Shown in pieces: positions 38,793 to 48,962 of a stretch of 64,000 bases of DNA (positions are counted from its first letter, which is position 1; the number at the start of each line of letters is the position of its first letter). The stretch comes from Polyangiales bacterium (lineage in GTDB: Bacteria; Myxococcota_A; Polyangia; Polyangiales; Polyangiaceae). The stretch is from the NCBI GenBank assembly GCA_038231275.1, contig JBBRLQ010000012.1, positions 96,001 through 160,000 on the forward strand. The letters run 5' to 3'. The notes under the pieces were generated by a model. It did not search any database and was not told the DNA's origin. It saw nothing but the letters and a program-made list of their open reading frames with translations. Made by a program: the position numbers and the translations under genes.

Positions 38793-39560
38793 TCACCCAC
38801 GCGGAGCGGGCGGCCACGTGAGCGAGAGCACGACGCGGCGGCCGTCGCGTACCAGCTCGACGACCGCGAGCCCGCCGCGCTCGGCGTTCCAGAAGACATG
38901 ATCGGTCCACGCCGTGCCGGCCGCGGGGTAGCCGTCGATCGAGAGGACAACGTCCCCCTGCTGAAACCCCGCGCGCGCGAGCAGCGAGAAGCGCGGGACT
39001 GCGCCGATCTCGATCCCGTCGATGTCGCGGCCGCCATGCGACACCGGCGTCGCGTGGATCTGGAACGGATCGATCTTCGGCGTCTCCCACGGCGGCAACT
39101 TCACGTCGATCAGGTGCACCGGGAGACCCGCGCGCTCCAGATCACGGGCGCGCGCGCGGAGGACGGCGGGATCGTGGCTGATGGGCTCGGTGACGGCGAG
39201 CATCCCCGCGCGGAGGACCGGCACGTCGAACGCGGTCGGCGGCGATGTCACGATGATCTTGGGCCTCGGCGGAGGGCTCGGCGCGCGTGGCGGCTCGCGC
39301 TCGGCGGTCCGGACGACCGTACCGCTGTTCATCGTGCTCACCATGACGCAGGCGTGGACGCCGGCGGCGATCCCGACGAGCCCACCCGCGGTGATGGACA
39401 GCGCGAAGAGCACGGCGCTGATGTCGGCGAGCGCGGCGAGGGGCCAGCGCGAACGACGGGTCGCCGGCGCACACGCGGTGATGACGTTGCTGCAGCGGCG
39501 GTCGCCCCGGCTGGCGCTCAGGAGGACGTCGAGATCGGCGGAGCGATAGGGAGAGTCCAT
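38793..39560 (-). CDS. Membrane protein with C-terminal PDZ-like (GspC-like) domain
   Basis: MDSPYRS start; TM segment; GIEIGAV...[19 protein letters not shown]...VELVRDG. Confidence 0.75.
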   Translation of the reverse strand: MDSPYRSADLDVLLSASRGDRRCSNVITACAPATRRSRWPLAALADISAVLFALSITAGGLVGIAAGVHACVMVSTMNSGTVVRTAEREPPRAPSPPPRPKIIVTSPPTAFDVPVLRAGMLAVTEPISHDPAVLRARARDLERAGLPVHLIDVKLPPWETPKIDPFQIHATPVSHGGRDIDGIEIGAVPRFSLLARAGFQQGDVVLSIDGYPAAGTAWTDHVFWNAERGGLAVVELVRDGRRVVLSLTWPPAPRG

Positions 39561-39573
39561 CGACGCTCTCTTC

Positions 39574-39589
39574 AGCAACCGTCGTGCCG
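39574..39589 (-). promoter_or_regulatory. Sigma54 promoter of the PDZ gene
   Basis: Minus-strand CGGCACGACGGTTGCT (GG-N10-GC, near consensus). Confidence 0.7.
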
Positions 39590-39708
39590 CGCGGATCGGC
39601 TGGATTTCACGCGGCGCGGACGACGCGGTAGCCCAGCCCTTCGCCCCTTTTGGCAGGCCGCGCTTCCCGGCGCGACAACCTGACAATCGAGTATCGTGGC
39701 GACCGGCC

Positions 39709-42180
39709 ATGGCCCCCGATCCCGACGCGCTGCTCGACGAGTTCCTCGCCTACGTCGAGAAGAAAGGCCTCACGCTCTACCCCGCGCAAGAGGAGGCCAT
39801 CCTCGAGATCTTCGCGGGCAAGAACGTCATCCTCAACACGCCGACCGGCTCCGGGAAGTCCTTGGTGGCCGCGGCGGTTCACTTCTACGCGAAGGCCACC
39901 GGCAAGCGCTCGTACTACACGTGCCCGATCAAGGCGCTCGTCAGCGAGAAATTCTTTGCACTCTGCAATGATTTCGGCGCCGACGACGTGGGCATGCTCA
40001 CCGGCGACGCCGCCGTGAACCGCGACGCGCCCATCATCTGCTGCACCGCCGAGATCCTCGCCAACATGGCGCTCCGCGAGGGACCCGACGCCAACGTCGA
40101 CTACGTCGTCATGGACGAGTTCCACTACTACTCGGACAAGGACCGCGGCGCGGCGTGGCAGCTCCCGCTCCTCGTCCTTAAGCACGCGCGCTTCCTTTTG
40201 ATGAGCGCGACCCTCGGCGGGACCGATTTTTTCAAGGAGAAGCTCACGCAGCTCACCGGCGTCGAGACGGCGGTAGTCGTCTCCAAGGACCGCCCGGTCC
40301 CCCTCTACTTCGACTACCGCGAGACGCCGCTCCACGAGACGGTGAACGATCTCGTGAGAGCCGGCCGCTTCCCCATCTACGTCGTGTGCTTCACGCAGCG
40401 GATGACCGCCGAAGAAGCGCAGAACCTGATGAGCGTCGATTTCTGTACGAAGGAGGAGAAAAAGGCGATCGCCGAGGACCTCGTCGGCGTCCGCTTCGAC
40501 AGCCCGTACGGCAAGGAGGTCTCGAAGTTCCTCCGGCACGGCGTCGGCCTCCACCACGCGGGGCTCCTCCCCAAGTATCGCCTTCGCGTCGAGAAGCTCG
40601 CGCAGACCGGCAAGCTCAAGATCATCTGCGGCACCGACACGCTCGGCGTCGGCGTGAACATTCCGATTCGCACGGTGCTCTTCACCAAGCTGTGCAAGTA
40701 CGACGGCGAGAAGACGGCGCTCCTGTCGGTCCGCGATTTCATGCAAATCAGCGGGCGTGCGGGGCGAAAGGGGTTCGACGACGCCGGCTTCGTGTGCGCG
40801 CAGGCGCCCGAGCACGTCATCGAGAACCTGCGGATGGAGCAGCGCGCGGCAGGCGACAAGGCGAAGCTCCGCAAGATGGTGAAGCGAAAACCGCCCGACC
40901 GCGGCTACGTACACTGGGACCGGACGACGTTCGACAAGCTCGTCGCCGGCACGCCGGAGCCGCTTCAATCGCGCTTCAAGGTGACGCACGGGATGATCGT
41001 GAACGTCCTCGCGCGCCCCGGCGGCGGGTGCATGGCGCTCTCGCGGCTCATCGCGCGCTCGCACGATCGCCGCGCCGAGCAGCGCATCCAGGGGCGCCTC
41101 GCGATGCAGATGTTCCACTCGCTCGTCGACGCCGGCATCGTCGAAATCGGCGACGATCGCCGCGTCCGCGTGCACGCCGACTTGCAAGACGATTTCTCCC
41201 TCCACCACGCCTTGTCGCTCTACCTGGTCGAGACGGTCGAAAAGATCGATCCCGACCTCGACACCTACGCGCTCGAGATCCTCACGCTCGTCGAATCGAT
41301 CCTCGAGAACCCCGACTTGGTGCTCATGCGCCAGGTCGACAAGCTCAAGACCGTGAAGATGGCGGAGATGAAGGCGGCCGGCGTCGAGTACGAGGAGCGC
41401 ATCGCCGAGCTCGATAAGATCGAGCACCCCAAGCCGAACCGCGACTTCATCTACGACACGTTCAACGCCTTCTCCGCGCGCCATCCGTGGGTCGGCGCCG
41501 AGAACATTCGGCCAAAGTCGATCGGGCGCGACATGATCGAGCAGTACCTCTCCTTCTCGGAGTACGTGAAGGAGTATGGGCTCGAGCGCGGCGAGGGGAT
41601 CCTCCTCCGGTACCTGTCCGACGTGTACAAGACGCTCATCCAGACCGTCCCCGAGTGGGCGAAGGACGAGCGCATCTCGGACATCGTCACGTACTTCGGG
41701 GCGATGATCCGGCAGGTCGACTCGAGCCTCCTCGACGAGTGGGAGAAGATGCGGGATCCGGCCCTGAAGCTCGCCCCGCGCGCGGCGGACGACGACGCGG
41801 ACCGCGCGTACGACGTCACCCGCGACACGCGCGCGTTCACGGTGCTCGTGCGAAACCTCGTGTTCGGCGTGGTGCGCGCGCTGGCCGCGCGAGATTTCGT
41901 TCGCGCCGCGGAGGCGCTGGATCCAGGGGAATTCACGAGCGGAAAGCTCGACGAGGCGATGAGGCCGTTCTGGGAGACGCGGCAGCGCCTACGCATCGAC
42001 CCCGAGGCGCGAAGCCCGGGGAACCTGAAAATCGTGGAGGGGCCGGAGGCCTGGGAGATCACGCAGACCCTCCTCGACACGGCCGAAGAGAACGACTGGT
42101 ATCTCCAAGGCGTCGTCGATCTGGCCAAATCAAGGGCCGCCGGGCGCCCGGTGCTGGCGTTGCGGCATCTCGGAACTTGA
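39709..42180 (+). CDS. Ski2-like DEAH-box helicase with DUF3516-type C-terminus
   Basis: [42 protein letters not shown]. Confidence 0.93.
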   Translation: MAPDPDALLDEFLAYVEKKGLTLYPAQEEAILEIFAGKNVILNTPTGSGKSLVAAAVHFYAKATGKRSYYTCPIKALVSEKFFALCNDFGADDVGMLTGDAAVNRDAPIICCTAEILANMALREGPDANVDYVVMDEFHYYSDKDRGAAWQLPLLVLKHARFLLMSATLGGTDFFKEKLTQLTGVETAVVVSKDRPVPLYFDYRETPLHETVNDLVRAGRFPIYVVCFTQRMTAEEAQNLMSVDFCTKEEKKAIAEDLVGVRFDSPYGKEVSKFLRHGVGLHHAGLLPKYRLRVEKLAQTGKLKIICGTDTLGVGVNIPIRTVLFTKLCKYDGEKTALLSVRDFMQISGRAGRKGFDDAGFVCAQAPEHVIENLRMEQRAAGDKAKLRKMVKRKPPDRGYVHWDRTTFDKLVAGTPEPLQSRFKVTHGMIVNVLARPGGGCMALSRLIARSHDRRAEQRIQGRLAMQMFHSLVDAGIVEIGDDRRVRVHADLQDDFSLHHALSLYLVETVEKIDPDLDTYALEILTLVESILENPDLVLMRQVDKLKTVKMAEMKAAGVEYEERIAELDKIEHPKPNRDFIYDTFNAFSARHPWVGAENIRPKSIGRDMIEQYLSFSEYVKEYGLERGEGILLRYLSDVYKTLIQTVPEWAKDERISDIVTYFGAMIRQVDSSLLDEWEKMRDPALKLAPRAADDDADRAYDVTRDTRAFTVLVRNLVFGVVRALAARDFVRAAEALDPGEFTSGKLDEAMRPFWETRQRLRIDPEARSPGNLKIVEGPEAWEITQTLLDTAEENDWYLQGVVDLAKSRAAGRPVLALRHLGT

Positions 42181-42214
42181 GCTCATCGCCACAAGCGGAT
42201 ACGAACTTAACCTC

Positions 42215-42949
42215 GTGGCAACCCACCGCATTCGGCCCCTCCTCGTCCTCCTCGGCTCCCTCCTTCTGGCCACGCTCGCCGTCGGCTGCAAGAAGAAGGC
42301 GGGCGACAAGTGCAAGCCCGACCAGATGGCCTGCGTCGATCCGACGACGGCGCTCATCTGCGTGAGCGGCACCTTCGTGCCGATGCAGTGCCGCGGCACC
42401 GCTGGCTGCGCGGGGGCGGGCGAGGCAGTCACCTGCGACAACAAATTCGCGCAGGTGGGGGACGGCTGCAACAAGGAGACAAGCGATCTCGCCTGCGCGA
42501 TGGACAAGAAGGGCGAGCTCCGCTGCAAGGACAACAAGCTCGTCCTCGCCTCCGGCTGCCGCGGCGCCAAGGGCTGCTACTGGGAGACGACGACGCTCCA
42601 CTGCGACACCGACATCGCCGACCTCGCCGACCCGTGCGAGGACGACGCGGATCTCGCGTGCGCGGTGGACGGCAAGTCCCTCCTCAAATGCGCGAAGGAC
42701 AAGTACGTCGTCGAGAACACCTGCAAGGGCCCCAAGAGCTGCAAGGTCGAGGGCACGAAGGTGCACTGCGACGACGACATGGCCGACGTCGGCGATCCCT
42801 GCGCGACCGAGGGCGATCTCGCGTGCTCGATGGACAAGAAGCAGCTCCTCAGCTGCCACGACCACAAGTTCAAGGTCGACCAGGCCTGCAAGCGCGGCTG
42901 CTCGTACGTCGAAAAAGACGACAAAACAACCTTCGATTGTAAACCGTAG
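42215..42949 (+). CDS. Cys-rich repeat lipoprotein
   Basis: AVGC lipobox; about four copies of an A.VGDPC...DLAC..DKK.LL.C...C.G..GC unit. Confidence 0.85.
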   Translation: MATHRIRPLLVLLGSLLLATLAVGCKKKAGDKCKPDQMACVDPTTALICVSGTFVPMQCRGTAGCAGAGEAVTCDNKFAQVGDGCNKETSDLACAMDKKGELRCKDNKLVLASGCRGAKGCYWETTTLHCDTDIADLADPCEDDADLACAVDGKSLLKCAKDKYVVENTCKGPKSCKVEGTKVHCDDDMADVGDPCATEGDLACSMDKKQLLSCHDHKFKVDQACKRGCSYVEKDDKTTFDCKP

Positions 42950-42994
42950 ACCGCGGCGCAATCCGCCGCCTTCGCTGCGGACTACGTCCTACGA

Positions 42995-44311
42995 GTGGAT
43001 GAGCGACGCCGCACAGGCGATAGTGGGCAGGTGCGCGCGACGATCCACGACGCGACCGGCCCCCAGATGACGCGGTGGCTCGTGCCGGCGATCGCCTTGG
43101 TGGTCGTGCTGGTCTGGCTCTTTGGCGCGGTGGGCCAGGTGTGGGGTGCGGGTGCCGTCCCTTGCGTCGCGGTCATCGTTGCGCTCGTCGCGCCGTGGAT
43201 CCCGGGGCGCTTTCGTGCGCGCGCCACCGAGGTGACGCCGCTGCCGGGCCGCCTCGTCCTTCGCGGCGCCGGCCGGCTCTCGCAGTCGATCGAGGCCACC
43301 GACGTCCTGGCGGCATCGTCGGCGCGAACCGCACGCGGATTCGGCCTCGCCATGCAATGCCGCGGGCATGGCGCGGCGCCCATCCACCTCGAGTTCGAGA
43401 CCGAGGCTGACCTGCGCCGCGCGCTCGAGGCCATCGGGATCACCCGACGTGCGTTCGGCATGCTCAGCTGGACTACGCATCCGCTGTTCGTCGACAAGCT
43501 CGGGCCGCTCGCCCTCGTCGCGTCCGTCGGCCTCTGGACCGCGCTCGCCATGCGGGTGCTCCTCGACGTAGCGGCGCGAACCGAGGCTCAGCTGGGCACG
43601 AGCATCAGCCTGCTCCTCGGCGGAGCGCTGCTCGGGTCGCTCGCGTTCGCGGCGATTGCTCAGCGCTTCGTGGCGCAGCTCGCGATGACCACGCACGGAT
43701 TGATCGTCCAGGTGGAGGGCGGCTACGCGGTCACGATTCCGTACGCCACGATCGCTTCCGTGGCCGAAGAGAGAGGCTGGCTGGTCGTGCGGACGCTCGA
43801 CGGCCGCGCCTGCCGCACCAAGCTGCAGCTCGCGCGGCGCGGGCGCTTTTCGATGTCGCGCGAGGAGCTCACGCAGGCCACGGACCAGGTCATGGCCGCC
43901 GCCGGGCGCGCGCGAGGCGAAGTGGCGCCGCGGCCCGACGAAGGCTCGGTCGCCTCGCTGGCACGCGCGGCCGGCGAAACGGTGCGCGCGTGGCTCGAGC
44001 GACTCGAGGTCGCCGCCGCGCAGTACGCCGACGGTAGCGGCTACCGTGGTGCCGGGCCGGCCGCGGCCGATCTGTGGAACGTCCTCGCGGATCACGACGC
44101 GAGCGTCGATCTGCGGTGCGCGGCCGCCCGGCTGCTCATGCGCGTAGCCGGCCCGGACGAGCGTCCCCGCATCGACGCGATCGCAGGCTCGGTGCGCGAC
44201 TCCAAGACGCGCGTCCTTCTTCGCGTCGCCGTGGAGCCGGTCCTGGACAGCGCGGCGCAGGAGCTCGAAGAGCTCGAGGAGCAGGACCTCCTCGCACGGG
44301 AAGAGCGATAA
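42995..44311 (+). CDS. Hypothetical multi-TM protein with PH-like domains and a GYRG/HEAT-like C-terminus
   Basis: Four TM helices; LARAAGETVRAWLERL...GYRG...LRCAAARLL. Confidence 0.7.
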   Translation: MDERRRTGDSGQVRATIHDATGPQMTRWLVPAIALVVVLVWLFGAVGQVWGAGAVPCVAVIVALVAPWIPGRFRARATEVTPLPGRLVLRGAGRLSQSIEATDVLAASSARTARGFGLAMQCRGHGAAPIHLEFETEADLRRALEAIGITRRAFGMLSWTTHPLFVDKLGPLALVASVGLWTALAMRVLLDVAARTEAQLGTSISLLLGGALLGSLAFAAIAQRFVAQLAMTTHGLIVQVEGGYAVTIPYATIASVAEERGWLVVRTLDGRACRTKLQLARRGRFSMSREELTQATDQVMAAAGRARGEVAPRPDEGSVASLARAAGETVRAWLERLEVAAAQYADGSGYRGAGPAAADLWNVLADHDASVDLRCAAARLLMRVAGPDERPRIDAIAGSVRDSKTRVLLRVAVEPVLDSAAQELEELEEQDLLAREER

Positions 44312-44321
44312 ACTTTGACCC

Positions 44322-44519
44322 GTGGAGAAGGACGACCCGTTCTGCTCGTTCTGCGGCAAAGAGAAGGCAGACGTGCGGAAGCTCATCGCGGGCGGGGGCC
44401 CCGCACTGCGCCATATGTCCCATTTGCGCGGACGCGCGACGCCGCTCGTCTTCATCTGCAACGAATGCATCGAGCTATGCGTGCAGATCGTCGCCCCCGA
44501 GCCCGACGTCGGATCTTGA
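44322..44519 (+). CDS. Stand-alone ClpX C4-type zinc-finger microprotein
   Basis: CSFCGK...VRKLIAG...[14 protein letters not shown] preceded by TAAACT-N7. Confidence 0.8.
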   Translation: MEKDDPFCSFCGKEKADVRKLIAGGGPALRHMSHLRGRATPLVFICNECIELCVQIVAPEPDVGS

Positions 44520-44571
44520 CCCCTCCCTGAGGCGACGTCTTCGTCGCCGATTTGGGAGGGGTCAAGATCCG
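44510..44571. repeat. Nested palindrome (REP-like element or bidirectional terminator)
   Basis: Perfect 18-bp inverted repeat CGGATCTTGACCCCTCCC / GGGAGGGGTCAAGATCCG enclosing GGCGACG-TCTT-CGTCGCC; lies between convergent genes. Confidence 0.85.
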
Positions 44572-44634
44572 GCGCAGCCGCGGCGGGGGTGGGCACCGAT
44601 TGCCTCTCTCTACTCCCCTCTCCTTCTTTTAGCT

Positions 44635-45528
44635 CTAAGGCGTGAGGCGGAGGGAGACGTCCGCAGCACGGACCCTACCCAGGACGAAAAACGCCGCGTC
44701 GAGGGCGCGTTCGGTGGGCTCGAAGCTCCAGCGGAGGATGGCGTGGCCGTCTTGGACGACGAGCTCGGGGACGTCGTCGTGGGCGATGGCGAGGAGAGAG
44801 GCGCGGACGGGCGGGGAGAGGATACGCGCGGCTTGGGCGGCGTCGCCTTCGACGATGAAGCGGTCGTCGAAATCCGGATCGTTCGTGAGCAGGGCGTGGA
44901 ATAGACCGACCTGGCGGGCCAGGGTTTGGCTCCAGGACTCCGGCGCGACGCGGACCTTGGAGGCGCCGCGCGCCACGCTCGTGCCGATCTGCACATGCGG
45001 CTCGAGGGGCCGGTCGCGGCTGACGAAGCACTCCACGAGGAGTGAGATCGGGGACTGCATCGCCGTGAGGCGCGCGCGGAAGGCGAACTCGTCGAGGGCC
45101 TCGAGCTCGGCGCGGGGATCGTGGCGGGCGACGACGCGGGCGAGGACGGCGCCGACGGTCGTGAGCGACTCGCTCATCTGGAGACCCCACCCCGCGCCCC
45201 ACACGCGGGACGGCGCGCGCGCGAGCTCCGGGGCCTCGGGGGGCAGCGCGCGCAGCTCGCGCTCGAGCGCGGGGACCAACGCCAGCGCTTCGTCGAGCAG
45301 CGCCAGGTAGGCCGCCTCTCGCTCTTCCTCGCGCGAGAGCTCCTCGAACGCTTCGCCGACGTGCGACCGGGCCGTTCGCGCGGTCGCAATGCGGTGTTGC
45401 AGATCGAGCGGGAGGAAGTGGACCAAATCGACGGTGACCCGGTGCTCGTGCTCGGCGATGCGCGCGACGAGATCGGCGATCCGCGCGCGCAGCCCGAGGA
45501 GCGCGTCGCGGTAAATCCCCTCGCCCAC
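44635..45528 (-). CDS. Hypothetical protein (coiled-coil N-terminus)
   Basis: Start placed at GTG 45528 (TACGCT-N6), which avoids overlap with the MFS gene; DPDFDDRFIVEG motif. Confidence 0.7.
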   Translation of the reverse strand: MGEGIYRDALLGLRARIADLVARIAEHEHRVTVDLVHFLPLDLQHRIATARTARSHVGEAFEELSREEEREAAYLALLDEALALVPALERELRALPPEAPELARAPSRVWGAGWGLQMSESLTTVGAVLARVVARHDPRAELEALDEFAFRARLTAMQSPISLLVECFVSRDRPLEPHVQIGTSVARGASKVRVAPESWSQTLARQVGLFHALLTNDPDFDDRFIVEGDAAQAARILSPPVRASLLAIAHDDVPELVVQDGHAILRWSFEPTERALDAAFFVLGRVRAADVSLRLTP

Positions 45529-45532
45529 GCGT

Positions 45533-46738
45533 TCAGCGTACCAGAGGTAGCAAGGGGTCCTCTCCGGCTGAGTCGAGGTCCTCGGCGCGCGGGAACACGA
45601 GGAGCACCGGGACGAGCGACGCGACGCCGAGCACGGTCGCAAGCGCGAAGTGCCCCGCGTAGCCGAACGCCGCTGCGCTGTAGCCGCTCACCGTTGCCGC
45701 CGCTCCGTTGGCGATGACGACGGCGCTCGCCTGCACGGTGTAGTCGGTGGCGCTGGTGGCGGGGCGCGACCAGTCCATCATCGCCGTGAAGAGCGCTGCC
45801 GTGGCCGCGCCCGAGGCGAAGTGCTCGATGCCGCACAGCGCCGTGAGTATGGTCCGATCGGGCGCTCCGCGCGCGGCGACGGCATAGAGCGCGACGGTGA
45901 TCGTCTGGAGCACGCCGAAGACGAGCATCGCGCGCCGCCGGCCGAGGCGATTGACGACCGCGCCGCCGAACATCGCGCCGAGGAGGCCGGCAACGAAGCC
46001 CACCGTGCCCAGCATCCATCCGACATCGGCGAGCGTCATTCCGCTGTCGGCGAGGTACGGCCGCAGCATGCCCGCCGCGAGGGCCTCGGCGACCTTGTAC
46101 GTGAGCACGATGAGCAAGATCCGCCACGCGCCACGCCGCGTGAAGAAGTGGAAGAAGTGCGGCGGCGTGCGCGCGCCCGTCCCCCTCGCGCGCGGCGGCT
46201 CTTTGGACAAGGCGATGGGCACGCTCGCGACGACGACGATCGCCGCCATCGCGAGGAACGTGACGGTCCAGCCGAGGCGCTCGTGGAAGATGAGCAGGAC
46301 CCCCCCGCCCAAGATCATCCCCACGCGATAGCCCGCGACCTGCACCCCGTTCGCGAGTCCACGCTCCTTGTCGGCCAGCATGTCCACCGCGAGCCCGTCG
46401 GTCGCGATGTCCTGCGTCGCGCAGAAGAGGTTCGTGAGCAGCACCGACGCGAGCACCATCGCGAACGCGTCCTTCACGATCGCCGTCACGACGAGCGTGA
46501 GCGCCGTCAGGAATTGGAGCGGCAGGATCCACGATTTTCGCGTGCCGTACCGGTCGACGTACGGCGACCACACGAACTTGAGCGCCCACGGCAGCGCGAG
46601 GAGCGACGAGAGGCCGATCGCCTCGAGGCTCATGCCTCGCTTTCGCATGATGAGCGGCAGCGCCTGCGTGAAGAAGCCGAACGGAAGCCCCTGCGAGAGG
46701 TACAGCGACGCGAGCAGCCCCAGGCGTCGCCAGCTCAT
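45533..46738 (-). CDS. MFS transporter, AmpG/RhtX/FptX family
   Basis: YLSQGLPFGF, LPWALKFVWSPYVD, ATQDIATDG, ATDYT. Confidence 0.92.
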   Translation of the reverse strand: MSWRRLGLLASLYLSQGLPFGFFTQALPLIMRKRGMSLEAIGLSSLLALPWALKFVWSPYVDRYGTRKSWILPLQFLTALTLVVTAIVKDAFAMVLASVLLTNLFCATQDIATDGLAVDMLADKERGLANGVQVAGYRVGMILGGGVLLIFHERLGWTVTFLAMAAIVVVASVPIALSKEPPRARGTGARTPPHFFHFFTRRGAWRILLIVLTYKVAEALAAGMLRPYLADSGMTLADVGWMLGTVGFVAGLLGAMFGGAVVNRLGRRRAMLVFGVLQTITVALYAVAARGAPDRTILTALCGIEHFASGAATAALFTAMMDWSRPATSATDYTVQASAVVIANGAAATVSGYSAAAFGYAGHFALATVLGVASLVPVLLVFPRAEDLDSAGEDPLLPLVR

Positions 46739-46771
46739 CGTGTGCAGACTACACCTTCGAGATCCGACGTG

Positions 46772-48394
46772 TCAGGATCGAATGCCCGGCGCCTCGTGTC
46801 CGCTGGCGCTCACGTACTCGTTGTAGCCGCCGCCGTAGACGACCGGCTTGCCCTCGCCGAGCTCCAGCACGCGGTTGGACAGCGCGGCGAGGAAGCGGCG
46901 ATCGTGCGACACGAAGAGCATCGTGCCCTCGAAGTCCGCGAGCGCCTTCACCAGCATGTCCTTCGTGTCCATGTCGAGGTGGTTGGTCGGCTCGTCGAGG
47001 ACGAGGAAGTTCGGCGGGTCGTAGAGCATCTTCGCGAGGACGACGCGCGCCTTCTCGCCGCCCGAGAGGATGCGGCAGCGCTTCTCGACGTCGTCCCCCG
47101 AGAAGCCGAACGCGCCGGCGAGCGAGCGCATCGAACCGATGGTCGCGAGGGGGAAGGCGTCCTGGAGCGTCTCGAAGACGGTGCGCTCGGGATCGAGGAG
47201 ATCCATCGTGTGCTGCGCGAAGTAGGCCATCTTCACGCTCGCGCCGACCTTGACCGCGCCGGAGTCGGCGGTGGTCGCGCCGGCGATGAGCTTCAGGAGC
47301 GTGGATTTTCCCGCGCCGTTCACGCCCATCACGCACCAGCGCTCCGTGCGGCGGATGAGGAGATCGAAGCCGTCGTAGATGACCTTCGTGCCGTAGCCCT
47401 TCTTGACGTCGGCGAGGCTCGCCACGTCCTCACCGGAGCGCGGCGGCGGGCGAAAGTCGAACTCGACGACCTTTCGCGTGCGCGGGGGCTCGACGCGCTC
47501 GATCTTGTCGAGCTTCTTCACGCGCGACTGCACCTGCGCCGCGTGCGACGCGCGCGCCTTGAAGCGGTCGATGAAGCGCTGCTCCTTCTGGAGCATCGCC
47601 TGCTGTCGCTCGAACTGCGCTTGCTGGTTGCGATCCGCGATGGCGCGCTGCTGCGCGTAAAATTCGAAGTTGCCCGAGTACTCCGTGAGCTCGCCGGCGT
47701 CGATCTCGAGGATCTTGTTCACGACGCGGTTCATCATCTCGCGATCGTGCGACGTCATGACGAGCGCGCCCTCGTACTCCTTGAGGAAGTGCTCGAGCCA
47801 GATGATCGACTCGATGTCGAGGTGGTTGGTCGGCTCGTCGAGGAGGAGGCAGTCGGGGCGCATGAGGAGGATGCGGGCAAGCGCGACGCGCATCTTCCAG
47901 CCGCCCGAGAGGTTGCCGACGTCGCCGTCCATCACTTCGTTCGAGAAGCCGAGGCCGGCCAAGATCTCGCGCGCCTTCGCGTCGAGGGCGTAGCCGCCGA
48001 GCTCGTCGAAGCGCGCCTGCGCATGGCCGTAGCGATCGACGAGCGCCTCCATGTCGCCCGCTTGCTCGGGATCGGCCATCGCGACCTCGAGGTGCGCGAG
48101 CTCCGCGGCGGCTTCCGAGACGGGTCCGGCGCCATCCAGCGTGGCGGCCACGACGCTCATGCCCTTCATCTCGCCGGTGTCCTGCGAGAAGTAGCCAATG
48201 GTGATGCCCTTGTCGACGGCGACCTGGCCCTCGTCCGGCGCCTCTTCTTTGGTGATCATGCGGAAGATGGTGGTCTTCCCCGAGCCGTTGGGGCCGACGA
48301 GTCCGACCTTGTCGCCTTTGAAGATCGCCGCTTGCGCCTCCATGAGGAGAATCTGTCGCCCGTGCCGTTTTCCGATGCCGTCGAGACGAATCAC
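46772..48394 (-). CDS. ABC-F family ATPase
   Basis: Two ABC domains (GPNGSGKT/LSGGW/LLDEPTNHLD and GVNGAGKS/LSGGE/LDEPTNHLD); no TM helices. Confidence 0.95.
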   Translation of the reverse strand: MIRLDGIGKRHGRQILLMEAQAAIFKGDKVGLVGPNGSGKTTIFRMITKEEAPDEGQVAVDKGITIGYFSQDTGEMKGMSVVAATLDGAGPVSEAAAELAHLEVAMADPEQAGDMEALVDRYGHAQARFDELGGYALDAKAREILAGLGFSNEVMDGDVGNLSGGWKMRVALARILLMRPDCLLLDEPTNHLDIESIIWLEHFLKEYEGALVMTSHDREMMNRVVNKILEIDAGELTEYSGNFEFYAQQRAIADRNQQAQFERQQAMLQKEQRFIDRFKARASHAAQVQSRVKKLDKIERVEPPRTRKVVEFDFRPPPRSGEDVASLADVKKGYGTKVIYDGFDLLIRRTERWCVMGVNGAGKSTLLKLIAGATTADSGAVKVGASVKMAYFAQHTMDLLDPERTVFETLQDAFPLATIGSMRSLAGAFGFSGDDVEKRCRILSGGEKARVVLAKMLYDPPNFLVLDEPTNHLDMDTKDMLVKALADFEGTMLFVSHDRRFLAALSNRVLELGEGKPVVYGGGYNEYVSASGHEAPGIRS

Positions 48395-48413
48395 GCGGCT
48401 TCCCTACCACGGC

Positions 48414-48962
48414 TCACGGCGGCTCGCCGAGGATCTCTTCGCGCAGGCGCTTCACCGCGTGGTGGTAGTTCGCGCGCGCGGACTCTTCCGTGCAGTCGGC
48501 GATCGCGGCGACCGCCTTGAAGCTCATCTCGTGGACGAGGCGAAGCTCGACGACGAGGCGCTGCTTCGGCGGGAGCGTCGCGAGCGCGGCGCCGAGCTTG
48601 GCCCGGGCCTCGCGCGCCGCCATGCGTCCGGTGCCGAGCGCGTTGGTGATGAACTCGACCTCTTCGATCGAGACCGAGCGGCCGCGCTTCGCGTCGCGCG
48701 TGTAGTTCTTCGCCGCGTTGACGGCGATGCGGTGGAGCCACGTCTCGAGGCGCGCCTCGCCGCGGAACGACGCGAGGGCGCGCAGCGCGAGGAGGAACGT
48801 CTGCTGCGCGAGGTCCTCGGCCTCGGCGTCGCTGTCCACGTAGCCGCGCACGACGGCGAGGATGGCGCCGCGGTGGCGCGTGACGACCTCCGCGAACGCG
48901 GCGCGATCGCCCGAGACGATCCGCGCGACGAGGCCCGCGTCGGGATCGTCGGCGGTCACCAC
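48414..48962 (-). CDS. ECF RNA polymerase sigma factor
   Basis: AEDLAQQTFL, TWLHRIAVN, LPPKQR, MSFKAVA. Confidence 0.92.
   Translation of the reverse strand: MVTADDPDAGLVARIVSGDRAAFAEVVTRHRGAILAVVRGYVDSDAEAEDLAQQTFLLALRALASFRGEARLETWLHRIAVNAAKNYTRDAKRGRSVSIEEVEFITNALGTGRMAAREARAKLGAALATLPPKQRLVVELRLVHEMSFKAVAAIADCTEESARANYHHAVKRLREEILGEPP

Noticed and set aside
39709..42180. Helicase as part of an anti-phage defence system next to the TA pair
   Set aside because: It looks like the widespread stand-alone DUF3516-type helicase, and no nuclease, methylase or other defence partner is adjacent.
45650..48520. 956-aa plus-strand ORF and many similar long ORFs (e.g. 19643-21901, 27503-29710, 31291-33546, 35198-37741, 39607-41484)
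   Set aside because: Antisense shadows of well-supported genes; stop codons are scarce at this GC content, and the translations are Arg/Ala-rich with no motifs.
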